A stretch of DNA of 64,000 bases from Candidatus Magasanikiibacteriota bacterium (GTDB lineage: Bacteria; Patescibacteriota; Patescibacteriia; Magasanikbacterales; 2-02-FULL-50-9b). The DNA is taken from contig CALRDW010000004.1 in NCBI GenBank assembly GCA_943355025.1, positions 756-64,755 on the forward strand, in the 5' to 3' direction. How positions within the stretch are numbered: the first letter of the stretch is position 1; each line of letters opens with the position of its first letter. Of the stretch, positions 39,448 through 51,693 are shown in pieces. The notes beneath the pieces are model-generated. The model did no database searches and was not told where the DNA came from. It saw only the letters and a program-made list of their open reading frames with translations. A program made the translations under genes and the position numbers.

Positions 39448-39987
39448 ATGACAAACGAATTTGCGGTATTTGCCGGCGGATGTTTTTGGTGCACCGAGGC
39501 AGTATATGGGGAGGTGCGCGGAGTTATCGCTGTCACTCCTGGCTATACAGGTGGCACAACAAAAAATCCTACATATAATTCGGTTTGTACAGGCACGACT
39601 GGTCATGCTGAGGCAATTCGTATTGAGTTCGACAGTGACCAGCTCACCTATCGAGATTTATTAGAAATATTTTTTGCAACGCATAACCCAACAACACGCA
39701 ATCGCCAAGGTAACGATGTCGGCGATGAATACCGCTCAGCAATTTTTTACGCAGATGCAGAGCAGCGCCAGCAAGCTGTCCAAATCATACAGGAGCTCAC
39801 CGATCAAAAAGTTTTTTCAAATCCTATTGTGACATGTGTTGTGCCGCTCGACGTATTTTACGAAGCTGAAAACTATCATAAAGATTATTATAAAAAAAAT
39901 ATTGACCAGGGCTACTGCCAGATGGTCATTGCGCCGAAGCTGAAAAAATTTAGAGAAACCTACGCACGACTCTTGAAGACAGGTTGA
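39448..39987 (+). CDS. msrA: peptide methionine sulfoxide reductase A
   Basis: GGCFWCTE, GHAE, RQGNDVG, AENYHKDY. Confidence 0.96.
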   Translation: MTNEFAVFAGGCFWCTEAVYGEVRGVIAVTPGYTGGTTKNPTYNSVCTGTTGHAEAIRIEFDSDQLTYRDLLEIFFATHNPTTRNRQGNDVGDEYRSAIFYADAEQRQQAVQIIQELTDQKVFSNPIVTCVVPLDVFYEAENYHKDYYKKNIDQGYCQMVIAPKLKKFRETYARLLKTG

Positions 39988-40018
39988 CAACATGCAATTT
40001 TAAGTACAGAATTTGGAC

Positions 40019-40903
40019 ATGGCACACCAAATTCTTCTCTACTATAAATACGTGCATATCGACGACCCCGAAGCCTTTGCTGAGGTGGAACGAAAGCTAT
40101 GTACAGAACTCGGCCTCAAGGGTCGCATTTTAATTGCACACGAAGGAATAAACGGGACAGTCGAAGGGACAGTGGAAACGACCGAAACATACGTGCAAGA
40201 ACTCATGAAAGACGAACGTTTTTCTGATATCCACATTAAGCGCAGTGTCGGAACAGGAGTGGCATTTAAAAAAATGTTTGTGCGCGTTCGAAACGAAATT
40301 GTTGGTACACATTTTGACGCAGATATCAATCCAACAATGGGAACCTCGCCTTATATTTCAGCCGAAGAACTCCATACGCTCATAAGAAGCGGCGAAAAAA
40401 TAAAAATCGTTGACATGCGCAATGATTATGAATTTAAAATTGGACAATTTGAAAATTCAATTTTGCCGTCGCTTTCAAACTCACGCGACCTCCTTGAAAA
40501 AATCAAAGAATTAGAGCCGCTAAAAAATGAACGGATAATTACTGTTTGTACGGGCGGTGTACGCTGCGAAAAAATGTCAGCACTTCTTCTCAAACATGGA
40601 TTTACACATGTGTCGCAGCTGCACGGCGGCATTGTAACGTACATGGAAAAATATCCGAACAAGGATTTCAAAGGAAAGTTATACGTATTTGACGATAGAA
40701 TCTCCATCGGATTCCAAACCGAATCAACCGAACACGAAATAATAGCAAACTGCGAACGCTGCAGCGCTGTTTCAGATAATTATATTAACTGCAACGACAC
40801 TGCATGTCACAAACAGTTTATTTGTTGCGCATCCTGTGTTGAAGCTGGGCATCTGCTGTGTCCAGCAGGCTGCATTAAAAAAATTCGCGCACACAACCAC
40901 TGA
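40019..40903 (+). CDS. trhO: rhodanese-domain tRNA U34 hydroxylase (TrhO/UPF0176 family)
   Basis: LLYYKY, GRILIAHEGINGT, DMRNDYE, CTGGVRCEK, Cys-rich C-terminus. Confidence 0.85.
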   Translation: MAHQILLYYKYVHIDDPEAFAEVERKLCTELGLKGRILIAHEGINGTVEGTVETTETYVQELMKDERFSDIHIKRSVGTGVAFKKMFVRVRNEIVGTHFDADINPTMGTSPYISAEELHTLIRSGEKIKIVDMRNDYEFKIGQFENSILPSLSNSRDLLEKIKELEPLKNERIITVCTGGVRCEKMSALLLKHGFTHVSQLHGGIVTYMEKYPNKDFKGKLYVFDDRISIGFQTESTEHEIIANCERCSAVSDNYINCNDTACHKQFICCASCVEAGHLLCPAGCIKKIRAHNH

Positions 40904-40944
40904 TACTTGCGGTGGCCACAGCGGTTTGGTATCATGGCTCCCAT

Positions 40945-41424
40945 ATGGCAAAACCACAACACGGTAATACCGTCAAAATTCATTACACAGGCCGTCTTGA
41001 CGACGACAGCATCTTTGATACATCCCGCGGTCGAGATCCGCTTGAATTCACAATTGGTCAAGGCATGGTAATTCCTGGTTTTGAGGAAGCTGTGCTGCAA
41101 CTCGAACCTGGCGAATCCATAACCGTCAACATTCCTGCAGAAAAAGCATACGGGCAGCGAAATGAAGATATGGCCGCAACGGTAACGCGCGAGCAGTTCC
41201 CTGCGCACCTCACACCAGAGATTGGATCCCAGCTGCAAATTCCTCAGCCTAACGGACAGTCCATGATCGTAACCATCACTGATATTCAGGGAGATGACAT
41301 CACGCTGGACGCGAATCATGCGCTTGCTGGAAAGGATCTCACGTTCGACATAGAACTCGTCGATGTGGCAGCCCTGAAGACATTAGACGATGATGAGGAT
41401 GAAGACACGGAAGACGATGCATAA
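40945..41424 (+). CDS. FKBP-type PPIase (SlyD-like) with acidic tail
   Basis: IHYTGRL, IPGFEEA, DANHALAGKDLTF. Confidence 0.92.
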   Translation: MAKPQHGNTVKIHYTGRLDDDSIFDTSRGRDPLEFTIGQGMVIPGFEEAVLQLEPGESITVNIPAEKAYGQRNEDMAATVTREQFPAHLTPEIGSQLQIPQPNGQSMIVTITDIQGDDITLDANHALAGKDLTFDIELVDVAALKTLDDDEDEDTEDDA

Positions 41425-41456
41425 AAAAATTTCGGCCAAGCGGCCGATTTTTTTAT
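41421..41456. terminator. bidirectional terminator
   Basis: TCGGCC-AAGC-GGCCGA stem flanked by A- and T-runs. Confidence 0.65.
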
Positions 41457-41477
41457 CAACACTCTGCAACATGTTGC

Positions 41478-42239
41478 TCAATATGTTTTCTTAAAAAATT
41501 TAAATTTAAACACAAGAAAAATTCCAAAAATAAATAGGGCCGCCATGCCAAATTGCGCCGGAGTAAATCCACCGTAGCGCATGTCAGGCATCGCTGTATC
41601 CGAGGCACGAAAAAAATCAAATGCAAACCGTGTTGGCGCATACAAGAGACAAATCACTGTGATATACATCCCCCGCCGTGGCGAACGCGGCAGCCCCCAA
41701 AATAAAATTCCGATGACAAGCCACACTGCAGACTCTAACAATCCGAGATCAATTCGGCCGCCATCCGGATATGCAACCGCAAAGAACGCCGTACTATGTA
41801 CCCCTGGATGCATGTGCGTTATATAACAACCGAAGCGACCAATAATCCATGCAGCAGGTAGCGCACGACAAATAGAGTCACCAACCCGCGTGATATCGAG
41901 CCTGTGCCGTACGACATACCAAATTGCGGTCAGGGTTCCAACAAAAATACCTCCAAGCGATGAGAGCCCTCCGTTCCACACTGCAATTATTTCAGTTGGA
42001 TGTGCTAAAAAATATGTAGGTTCATAAAAAAATACGTGTGAGAGCCGTGCGCCGACAAATGCTGCTATCAAAACCCAAATGGTCATGTCAAGCAAAGCAT
42101 CAAATGAGATATGACGCGCACGTGCTTCACGACGAAGCATGAACAAAAATCCAAAAATGCCGAGCGCGATAAAAAGACCCCACACGTGGATTGTAAGCGG
42201 GCCTACATAAAACTCATTTCTATCAAAATATGGCAGCAT
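41478..42239 (-). CDS. lgt: prolipoprotein diacylglyceryl transferase
   Basis: IHVWGL, GARLSHV, VWNGGLSSLGG, GRFGC, RFAFDFFR. Confidence 0.88.
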   Translation of the reverse strand: MLPYFDRNEFYVGPLTIHVWGLFIALGIFGFLFMLRREARARHISFDALLDMTIWVLIAAFVGARLSHVFFYEPTYFLAHPTEIIAVWNGGLSSLGGIFVGTLTAIWYVVRHRLDITRVGDSICRALPAAWIIGRFGCYITHMHPGVHSTAFFAVAYPDGGRIDLGLLESAVWLVIGILFWGLPRSPRRGMYITVICLLYAPTRFAFDFFRASDTAMPDMRYGGFTPAQFGMAALFIFGIFLVFKFKFFKKTY

Positions 42240-42245
42240 ATTCAC

Positions 42246-43589
42246 TTACAGATCAAGTATTCGTAGCACATCTTCCGGTGTTTCTGCAACAGTGTATAAA
42301 TTAAGGTCCTCTCTCGTAATTGTGTGCTCATGTTCAAACTGATTTTCCTGCATAAATGAAAGCAGTGGCTCCCAGTACCCTTTCCCATACAACACAATCG
42401 GCACGCGTGCAATTTTGCCGGTTTGTATAAGCGTCAAAATCTCAAAACAAACATTTAAAGTTCCATAACCGCCTGGAAAAACGACAAAACCTTTTGTTGG
42501 TGTCGTTAACATTAATTTTCGCGTAAACGGAAAATAAAAACTTTTGCTCTTTGTCATGAAATCGCTTGGTCGATCATGATGCGAGCGTATCGCCTCAATT
42601 CCATATGAGCCGCCACCCATTTCATAGGCTCCCCGATTCGCGGCCTCCATTATTCCAACACCGCCGCCTGTCAGCACGCCAAATTTTTTTCTCGCAACTC
42701 CTTGCGCCAAGTTGTATGCATCTTTATAAAAAGTGCTGCCTGATTTTACTCGCGGAGTTCCCAAAAAAGTAATGACATCACCAATGTCGCGTAAAAATTC
42801 AAAGCCTTCAACAAGCTCCGCCATGATGCGAAACACGCGCCAGTTGACTGCATCATCCGAACAAAATTGTGACGCGTCCAACGCGCATACCTGAAACGAT
42901 TGCTTTGTCTTTTTTATAATTGTCATTGCCTCAGCCGCACTGTCAACAACATGAATCATGGACAAATCCTGTTCTTCCAACGCGTGAATTTGCTCAAAAA
43001 CATTTGTTCGCAAAAATGAAACAACGGGGCTCCAAAATTGTGACCCCATAAGTATTATGGGCGCTACCGAAAGTTGCTTAAAACGCATTTGATCAAGAAC
43101 CTCAAACAGCTCATCCAACGTGCCAAAACCGCCGGGAAAATAAACAAACGCTTGCGACGGAGTTGTAAGCAAAACCTTTCTTGTTAAGAAATAATTGCAG
43201 CCAATAGATTCCTGGACATACGAATTGAGCCGCTGTTCGTTCGGCAACTGAATATTAATGCCAATTGAATTACCACCGGCCTCAAACGCTCCTTTATTTG
43301 CAGCCTCCATAATACCCGGCCCGCCGCCCGTAATAGTTGTATAACCTCCCTTTGCTAATAACTTTCCCAGCTTTACCGCCTCTTGATAAAACGGACTGTT
43401 CGGAAATGTTCGCGCCGAACCAAAAATAGTTACTTGTTTTGAATAGCGTGTTAGAAACTGATATCCTTCGACAAATTCTGACATGATTCGAAAAACTTGC
43501 CACGCTGATTCACGTAAATCGATCGACGCGCCACGCTCGGCACCCATGATAGGTTTTGCAGCATGTCTAAAAGAGCGAGGGGTGGTCAT
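42246..43589 (-). CDS. tandem two-domain LOG family (TIGR00730-like) protein
   Basis: Two repeats of W.VFRIM.E.VEG / TGGG.GIMEAAN.GA / PGG.GTL. Confidence 0.88.
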   Translation of the reverse strand: MTTPRSFRHAAKPIMGAERGASIDLRESAWQVFRIMSEFVEGYQFLTRYSKQVTIFGSARTFPNSPFYQEAVKLGKLLAKGGYTTITGGGPGIMEAANKGAFEAGGNSIGINIQLPNEQRLNSYVQESIGCNYFLTRKVLLTTPSQAFVYFPGGFGTLDELFEVLDQMRFKQLSVAPIILMGSQFWSPVVSFLRTNVFEQIHALEEQDLSMIHVVDSAAEAMTIIKKTKQSFQVCALDASQFCSDDAVNWRVFRIMAELVEGFEFLRDIGDVITFLGTPRVKSGSTFYKDAYNLAQGVARKKFGVLTGGGVGIMEAANRGAYEMGGGSYGIEAIRSHHDRPSDFMTKSKSFYFPFTRKLMLTTPTKGFVVFPGGYGTLNVCFEILTLIQTGKIARVPIVLYGKGYWEPLLSFMQENQFEHEHTITREDLNLYTVAETPEDVLRILDL

Positions 43590-45037
43590 AGGCTTGGGTG
43601 ATGTGTGTGCCAGGAAGTTATTTGTTGAAAATGATGTCCTGCGCGGAGCGGCAATTCTTCGCGCATGCGCGGCCCCATAAGTTGCAGGCCAACAGGCATG
43701 CCCTCAACGAATCCGCACGGAACAGAAAGCGCGCATACGCCCGCAAGCGACGCTGGCGTTACAAAAGCATCTGACAAATACATTTTAAGCGGATCACTCG
43801 TTTTGTCGCCAAGCTTAAATGCAATTTCCGGTGCAGTTGGTGTTGCTAGTATATCAACTTTTTCGAAAACTGTATCGAAATCTCGTTTGATAAGTGTTCG
43901 TACCTTCTGCGCTTGCAGATAATAGTCGTCATAATACCCATGCGACAACGCAAATGTTCCGAGCATGATGCGCCGTTTTACTTCCGTTGGAAATCCTTCT
44001 GTACGCGACTGGGCATAGAGCGATAACATCTCCGACTCACCGCGGCGTACGCCATAGCGAATTCCGTCGAGTCGCGCCAAATTCGAACTATCCTCACACG
44101 GCACAATTATATAATATGCGGCAATCGCATATTTAGTATGCGGCATACTGACGGGTACAAGAATCGCGCCTTGAGATTTAAGCGCTTCAAGCGCAGTTAC
44201 GACAGCATCATTAATTGCATCGTCCAGTGTATCCAAAAAATATTCTGCTGGTACGCCAATTTTCAAACCACGAATATCTTTTTTTATTTCTTCTGTGTAT
44301 TTTTGAACAGGTGTGTATGAAGAGGTTGCGTCGAGTGGGTCGGGGCCCGCGATGTGTTCTAAAATGAGTGCAAGATCCTCAGCGGTTTGAGCAAATGGAC
44401 CAACAGTATCAAGTGATGACGCCATAGGCATTGCGCCATAGCGAGATGTGCGGCCATAACTTACTTTGAGCCCTGAGACGCCACAAAAACTCGCGGGCGC
44501 ACGAACAGAGCCGCCGGTATCTTCGCCGATTGAAAATGCACATAAATCTGCCGCGACTCCTACGGCGCTACCTCCGGACGAGCCTCCAGCGACGCGCGAA
44601 ATATCCCACGGATTTTTTACAGCACCGTACATTGAATTTTCATTTGACCCCCCGTGTCCAAACGCATCGCAATTTTGTTTACCAATAATTATGGCCCCCG
44701 ACGCACGCAATTTTTTAACGACTGTTGCGTCGAATGTCGGAACAAATGTATCTAAAATTTTTGCGGCGCCCGTTGAACGAATGCCCTCAGTGTCAATCGC
44801 ATCTTTTACGCCAAACGGAAGTCCTGCGAGTTTAGAAATAATTCCCCCGCGCGCGCGATCCGCATCAATTTTGAGCGCCTCCTGGCGCGCGCGCTCACGA
44901 TCAACCGTAATGAATGAATTAAGCGTTGGATCGAGCCGTTCAATTCGCTCACCAAAATAATCAACGGTTTCTACCGCAGAAATTTTTTTTGTTTGAAGTG
45001 CGTCTGACCACTCAGTCAGTGTTGCAAATGAATTCAT
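43586..45037 (-). CDS. gatA: Asp-tRNA(Asn)/Glu-tRNA(Gln) amidotransferase subunit A
   Basis: GGSSGGS amidase signature, SNLARLDGIRYG, EVKRRIMLGT, DPLKMYLSD. Confidence 0.96.
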   Translation of the reverse strand: MNSFATLTEWSDALQTKKISAVETVDYFGERIERLDPTLNSFITVDRERARQEALKIDADRARGGIISKLAGLPFGVKDAIDTEGIRSTGAAKILDTFVPTFDATVVKKLRASGAIIIGKQNCDAFGHGGSNENSMYGAVKNPWDISRVAGGSSGGSAVGVAADLCAFSIGEDTGGSVRAPASFCGVSGLKVSYGRTSRYGAMPMASSLDTVGPFAQTAEDLALILEHIAGPDPLDATSSYTPVQKYTEEIKKDIRGLKIGVPAEYFLDTLDDAINDAVVTALEALKSQGAILVPVSMPHTKYAIAAYYIIVPCEDSSNLARLDGIRYGVRRGESEMLSLYAQSRTEGFPTEVKRRIMLGTFALSHGYYDDYYLQAQKVRTLIKRDFDTVFEKVDILATPTAPEIAFKLGDKTSDPLKMYLSDAFVTPASLAGVCALSVPCGFVEGMPVGLQLMGPRMREELPLRAGHHFQQITSWHTHHPSL

Positions 45038-45039
45038 AC

Positions 45040-48163
<3,124 letters not shown>

Positions 48164-48166
48164 ATA

Positions 48167-48652
48167 TTATGGTTTAAGTTCGAGCCCGCTTGGCGTAACT
48201 TGAATTTTTCCTTGGAGCCCGTTAAGACTTCCTTCAAGCGCCGCATCAATTGTATACGTTGTGTTTGGACTTGATGATGTATAGGTATATCCCGGCTGCT
48301 GCGCTGGCTGTGGTTCTGGTGGAACCGGAATTGGGTCAAGATAAATAGTTCCGTTGCCACACGCAGTTCGTGTGTCGGCAAAGCCTGTCGCTGTTCCAGA
48401 ACACAAAACAGTGTAGCCCGGCGTACCAAGAACAACTGGCGCAGGTGCCTGTGGATATCGATTGTTGTTGATAAAATATCTTTCAAGCGCTCCTTGGATT
48501 GTTGATAGATCGCTGTACCGCTGGGCGTCGCGTGAGCGTTCGCGTGCGGTGCCAAGAAGAATCACGCCAACAGTCATAAGGATGGCGATGATTCCAATTA
48601 CGATAAGCAGTTCGAGAAGTGTGACGCTGTGCTGAGAAGATCCGTTTTCCAT
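48167..48652 (-). CDS. type IV pilin / pseudopilin (GspG-like)
   Basis: VTLLELLIVIGIIAIL, ARERSRDAQRYSDL, ALERYF...YP. Confidence 0.85.
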   Translation of the reverse strand: MENGSSQHSVTLLELLIVIGIIAILMTVGVILLGTARERSRDAQRYSDLSTIQGALERYFINNNRYPQAPAPVVLGTPGYTVLCSGTATGFADTRTACGNGTIYLDPIPVPPEPQPAQQPGYTYTSSSPNTTYTIDAALEGSLNGLQGKIQVTPSGLELKP

Positions 48653-48661
48653 ATAATAAAC

Positions 48662-49744
48662 TTAGGAGCTCAAAATAAGGCGCTCCGCGAGGCCGACAGC
48701 AACTGCGAATCTCTGGCCAACGCGATCAAGGACGGGTTTGAGGGCTGGCGGCGTCATAACGCGTGCCCATGGATCGCCCGCAAACGTCTTAATCGAAAAC
48801 TGCGCTTCGATTTTCTTAGCAAGTTGCGGACAGCCTGAGGAACCGCCGGTTAAAATAATTTTATCCGGACGCGTAAGCGAACCAACAGCCGTGTGCCGTA
48901 CATTTTCGAGCACCAGTTCAATCTCTTTGAGGATCGGTCGATACACTGGATCAAGAAGCGTCGCGATCGAGATCTCATCCTCTTCTGAAAGTTCATCGAA
49001 CAAATCAATTTTTGTTGACTCAACTTCTTCCGGTGATTTATTCCAGGCTTTTGAGAGCACTTCATTTATTCTATCACCGCCAATTTCTATAACCACATCA
49101 ACGTTTGGCACGGCACGTGCGATGTAGCTAAAGCTCGTTGTGTGCTGGCCCATATCAATAATCAAAACAGGGCTTGGATCAGTTCCAATCAGCGCTCGAA
49201 TCGTAGCGAACGTTTCTGTTTCAATTGTTTTAAGCTGGAAACCGGCCTTAGAAAAAATTTCCGTATACATTTGAATGGCTGATTTTCGCGCAGCGCTTAC
49301 AAAAACACGATCCGTTTTTTTATAGAGTTCTGCGTCCGCTGACAGGGATTCGATTTTTCGCGTATCGAGCATTGCTTCGGCAAGTGGAAATGGCAACAAC
49401 TTTTCTACTTCGTGCGCAACACTTGCGTTGAGATCTTTTGGATCTGCTTGTGGAATTGTGAGGATGGTTGAGAAAACATCACGCTGAGATAGCGAGGCAA
49501 CGGCTAGTGTTGATTGGGTTTTAGCAGCAGCGGCAACCGCACGAATAGCTGCGGCCGTTTTATCAACGGCAGACTTTCGATCTGCGTCATTTTTTGCGTA
49601 TCGAAAATCAATAGTTTGGTCAGAAAATCCGTAGGTGAAAAGATACGGACGTCCGCCGGACGCGCGCAGCTCAACAAGTTTAATTCCCCCGGATCCAATA
49701 TCAATTCCAACGAACTGTGTGGGCTTAGATTCAAAAAGTGGCAT
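48662..49744 (-). CDS. pilM: type IV pilus assembly protein PilM
   Basis: GIDIGSGGIKLVEL, IIDMG, IILTGGSS, FAVAVGLA. Confidence 0.9.
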   Translation of the reverse strand: MPLFESKPTQFVGIDIGSGGIKLVELRASGGRPYLFTYGFSDQTIDFRYAKNDADRKSAVDKTAAAIRAVAAAAKTQSTLAVASLSQRDVFSTILTIPQADPKDLNASVAHEVEKLLPFPLAEAMLDTRKIESLSADAELYKKTDRVFVSAARKSAIQMYTEIFSKAGFQLKTIETETFATIRALIGTDPSPVLIIDMGQHTTSFSYIARAVPNVDVVIEIGGDRINEVLSKAWNKSPEEVESTKIDLFDELSEEDEISIATLLDPVYRPILKEIELVLENVRHTAVGSLTRPDKIILTGGSSGCPQLAKKIEAQFSIKTFAGDPWARVMTPPALKPVLDRVGQRFAVAVGLAERLILSS

Positions 49745-49809
49745 ACGTTTGTGCAAAAGTATACCAGACTTTGAACCCGCCGGCGAGTCATGCTAGAATG
49801 TGCATAACT

Positions 49810-51195
49810 ATGCTGAAACTATTTAATACACTTACCCGAGAAAAAGAAGCTTTTAGACCGCTTAAAAAAACGGTTTCATTATATAATTGCGGACCAACGG
49901 TGTATCACGATCAGCATATCGGCAATTTTCGTACCAGTCTTTCCGTTGATTTGCTTAAACGCACGCTTCTCTATTTTGGTTATCCTGTAAAACACATTAC
50001 AAATATTACGGACGTTGGTCATCTTACGAACGACGCAGACGATTCGGGAGAAGACAAAATCGAGGTCGGTGCGCGCCGCGAAGGTTTGACCGCGCGTCAG
50101 GTTGCACGCAAATATGAAAAACAATATAAGCAAGGAATAAAATCTTTAGGTATCATCCCCCCGTTTAAATGGACGCGCGCAACTGAACATATCGCAGAAC
50201 AAATCGCACTGATAAAAAAATTAGAAAAAAAGGGTTACACATATCGAACAGAAGACGGCATTTATTTTGACGCAACGAAATTTAAGAATTATGGTAAGCT
50301 CGCAGGCCTTTCTGCAATGAAGCGTCGACCAGGAATACGCGTCAACCTCGGTGAAAAAAAACATGCGACTGATTTTGCATTATGGAAATTTGCGGCGGCA
50401 GGCACAGCACGTCAAATGGAATGGGAGTCTCCGTGGGGCATCGGCTTTCCTGGTTGGCATATTGAATGTTCTGCAATGGCCATGAAATACTTAGGCGAGA
50501 CAATTGATATCCATTGTGGCGCAATTGATCTTATCCCCGTTCACCACACAAATGAAATTGCCCAATCCGAGGCAGCAACGGGAAAACCGTTTGTGCGACA
50601 CTGGATGCACGGTGCATTTGTAATCGAAGGAAAAGAAAAGATGGCGAAATCGGTTGGGAATATTAAAACGCTTGAGTGGATAGAAGAACAAGGGTGCTCT
50701 CCGCTCGACTATCGGTACCTCACGCTGCAAACGCATTATCGTAAAGAATTACGAGTAACGGCTGAAGCGCTCGTTGCAGCACGAACAGCGCGTGCGCATC
50801 TTATCGCGATGGTGTCTTCGGCTTCGCCCGGCGGCGCACTGATTCCAGAGAAAATAAAAAAGTTTGAAGAGACGCTTCTCGATGACCTCAATGCACCACG
50901 CGGTCTTGCAGTTCTATGGGAAGTCGTGAATGCACCGTACAATTCGGCGGACAAGCGGGCAACAATTCTTGCGTTTGATGCGGTGCTCGGACTTGGACTT
51001 AAGCCAACAGGGCGAGTTTCCACAAAAAAAGAGCTGGCAATTCCTGATGCAGTTAAAAAAATTCTTGGGTCGCGAGAACAATCACGACAGGAAAAAAATT
51101 GGAAGCGTTCTGATGAACTGCGCACGGCTCTTCATGCCGCTGGTTTTGATGTGCTCGATACTGCTGAGGGTCAAAAATTAAAACCTGTGGTATAA
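49810..51195 (+). CDS. cysS: cysteine--tRNA ligase
   Basis: CGPTVY, HIGN, DFALWK, PGWHIECSAM, KMAKS. Confidence 0.96.
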   Translation: MLKLFNTLTREKEAFRPLKKTVSLYNCGPTVYHDQHIGNFRTSLSVDLLKRTLLYFGYPVKHITNITDVGHLTNDADDSGEDKIEVGARREGLTARQVARKYEKQYKQGIKSLGIIPPFKWTRATEHIAEQIALIKKLEKKGYTYRTEDGIYFDATKFKNYGKLAGLSAMKRRPGIRVNLGEKKHATDFALWKFAAAGTARQMEWESPWGIGFPGWHIECSAMAMKYLGETIDIHCGAIDLIPVHHTNEIAQSEAATGKPFVRHWMHGAFVIEGKEKMAKSVGNIKTLEWIEEQGCSPLDYRYLTLQTHYRKELRVTAEALVAARTARAHLIAMVSSASPGGALIPEKIKKFEETLLDDLNAPRGLAVLWEVVNAPYNSADKRATILAFDAVLGLGLKPTGRVSTKKELAIPDAVKKILGSREQSRQEKNWKRSDELRTALHAAGFDVLDTAEGQKLKPVV

Positions 51196-51207
51196 TTCTG
51201 CGCATGT

Positions 51208-51693
51208 ATGCCACAAGAAATTACACCAGGATTTTCACCAGAAAATTTACAATCGATTGACCAGACACTCGACGCTGGATCTGAATCCGCGGGTGGTGTT
51301 GAATCTGCGGCGGAAAAAATCGTCGAACAATCGGTTCCCGTTGCACCGATTGCAGCTCCCTTGCCTGCGCCTGTTCCAGTCAAATCGTCTCCTGCCACAG
51401 ATTCGATTTCAAAAGACGTTGAATCCGTGCTTTCGGAAAATATCGCGAGTATTTACAAAAATCTACCCGCGGATAGAAAAAAAGCGTTCAAACTTAAGGG
51501 CGAGCAAATTACAGATCAGATCGTCCACATGATCCGCAGCGGTATTTTACAAGTTAAAAAAATTCTCGGCATTATCCGAGATTGGCTTGAAATGATCCCG
51601 GGTGTGAATGCGTTTTTTCTCGAACAGGAAGCGAAAATTAAAACAGATAAAATTCAAGAACTATTCGATCGTGAACACGCGTCAGCAGTATGA
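51208..51693 (+). CDS. hypothetical protein
   Basis: Pro-rich N-half; IPGVNAFFLEQEAKIKTDKI C-terminus; ATGA overlap with the ATPase gene. Confidence 0.7.
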   Translation: MPQEITPGFSPENLQSIDQTLDAGSESAGGVESAAEKIVEQSVPVAPIAAPLPAPVPVKSSPATDSISKDVESVLSENIASIYKNLPADRKKAFKLKGEQITDQIVHMIRSGILQVKKILGIIRDWLEMIPGVNAFFLEQEAKIKTDKIQELFDREHASAV

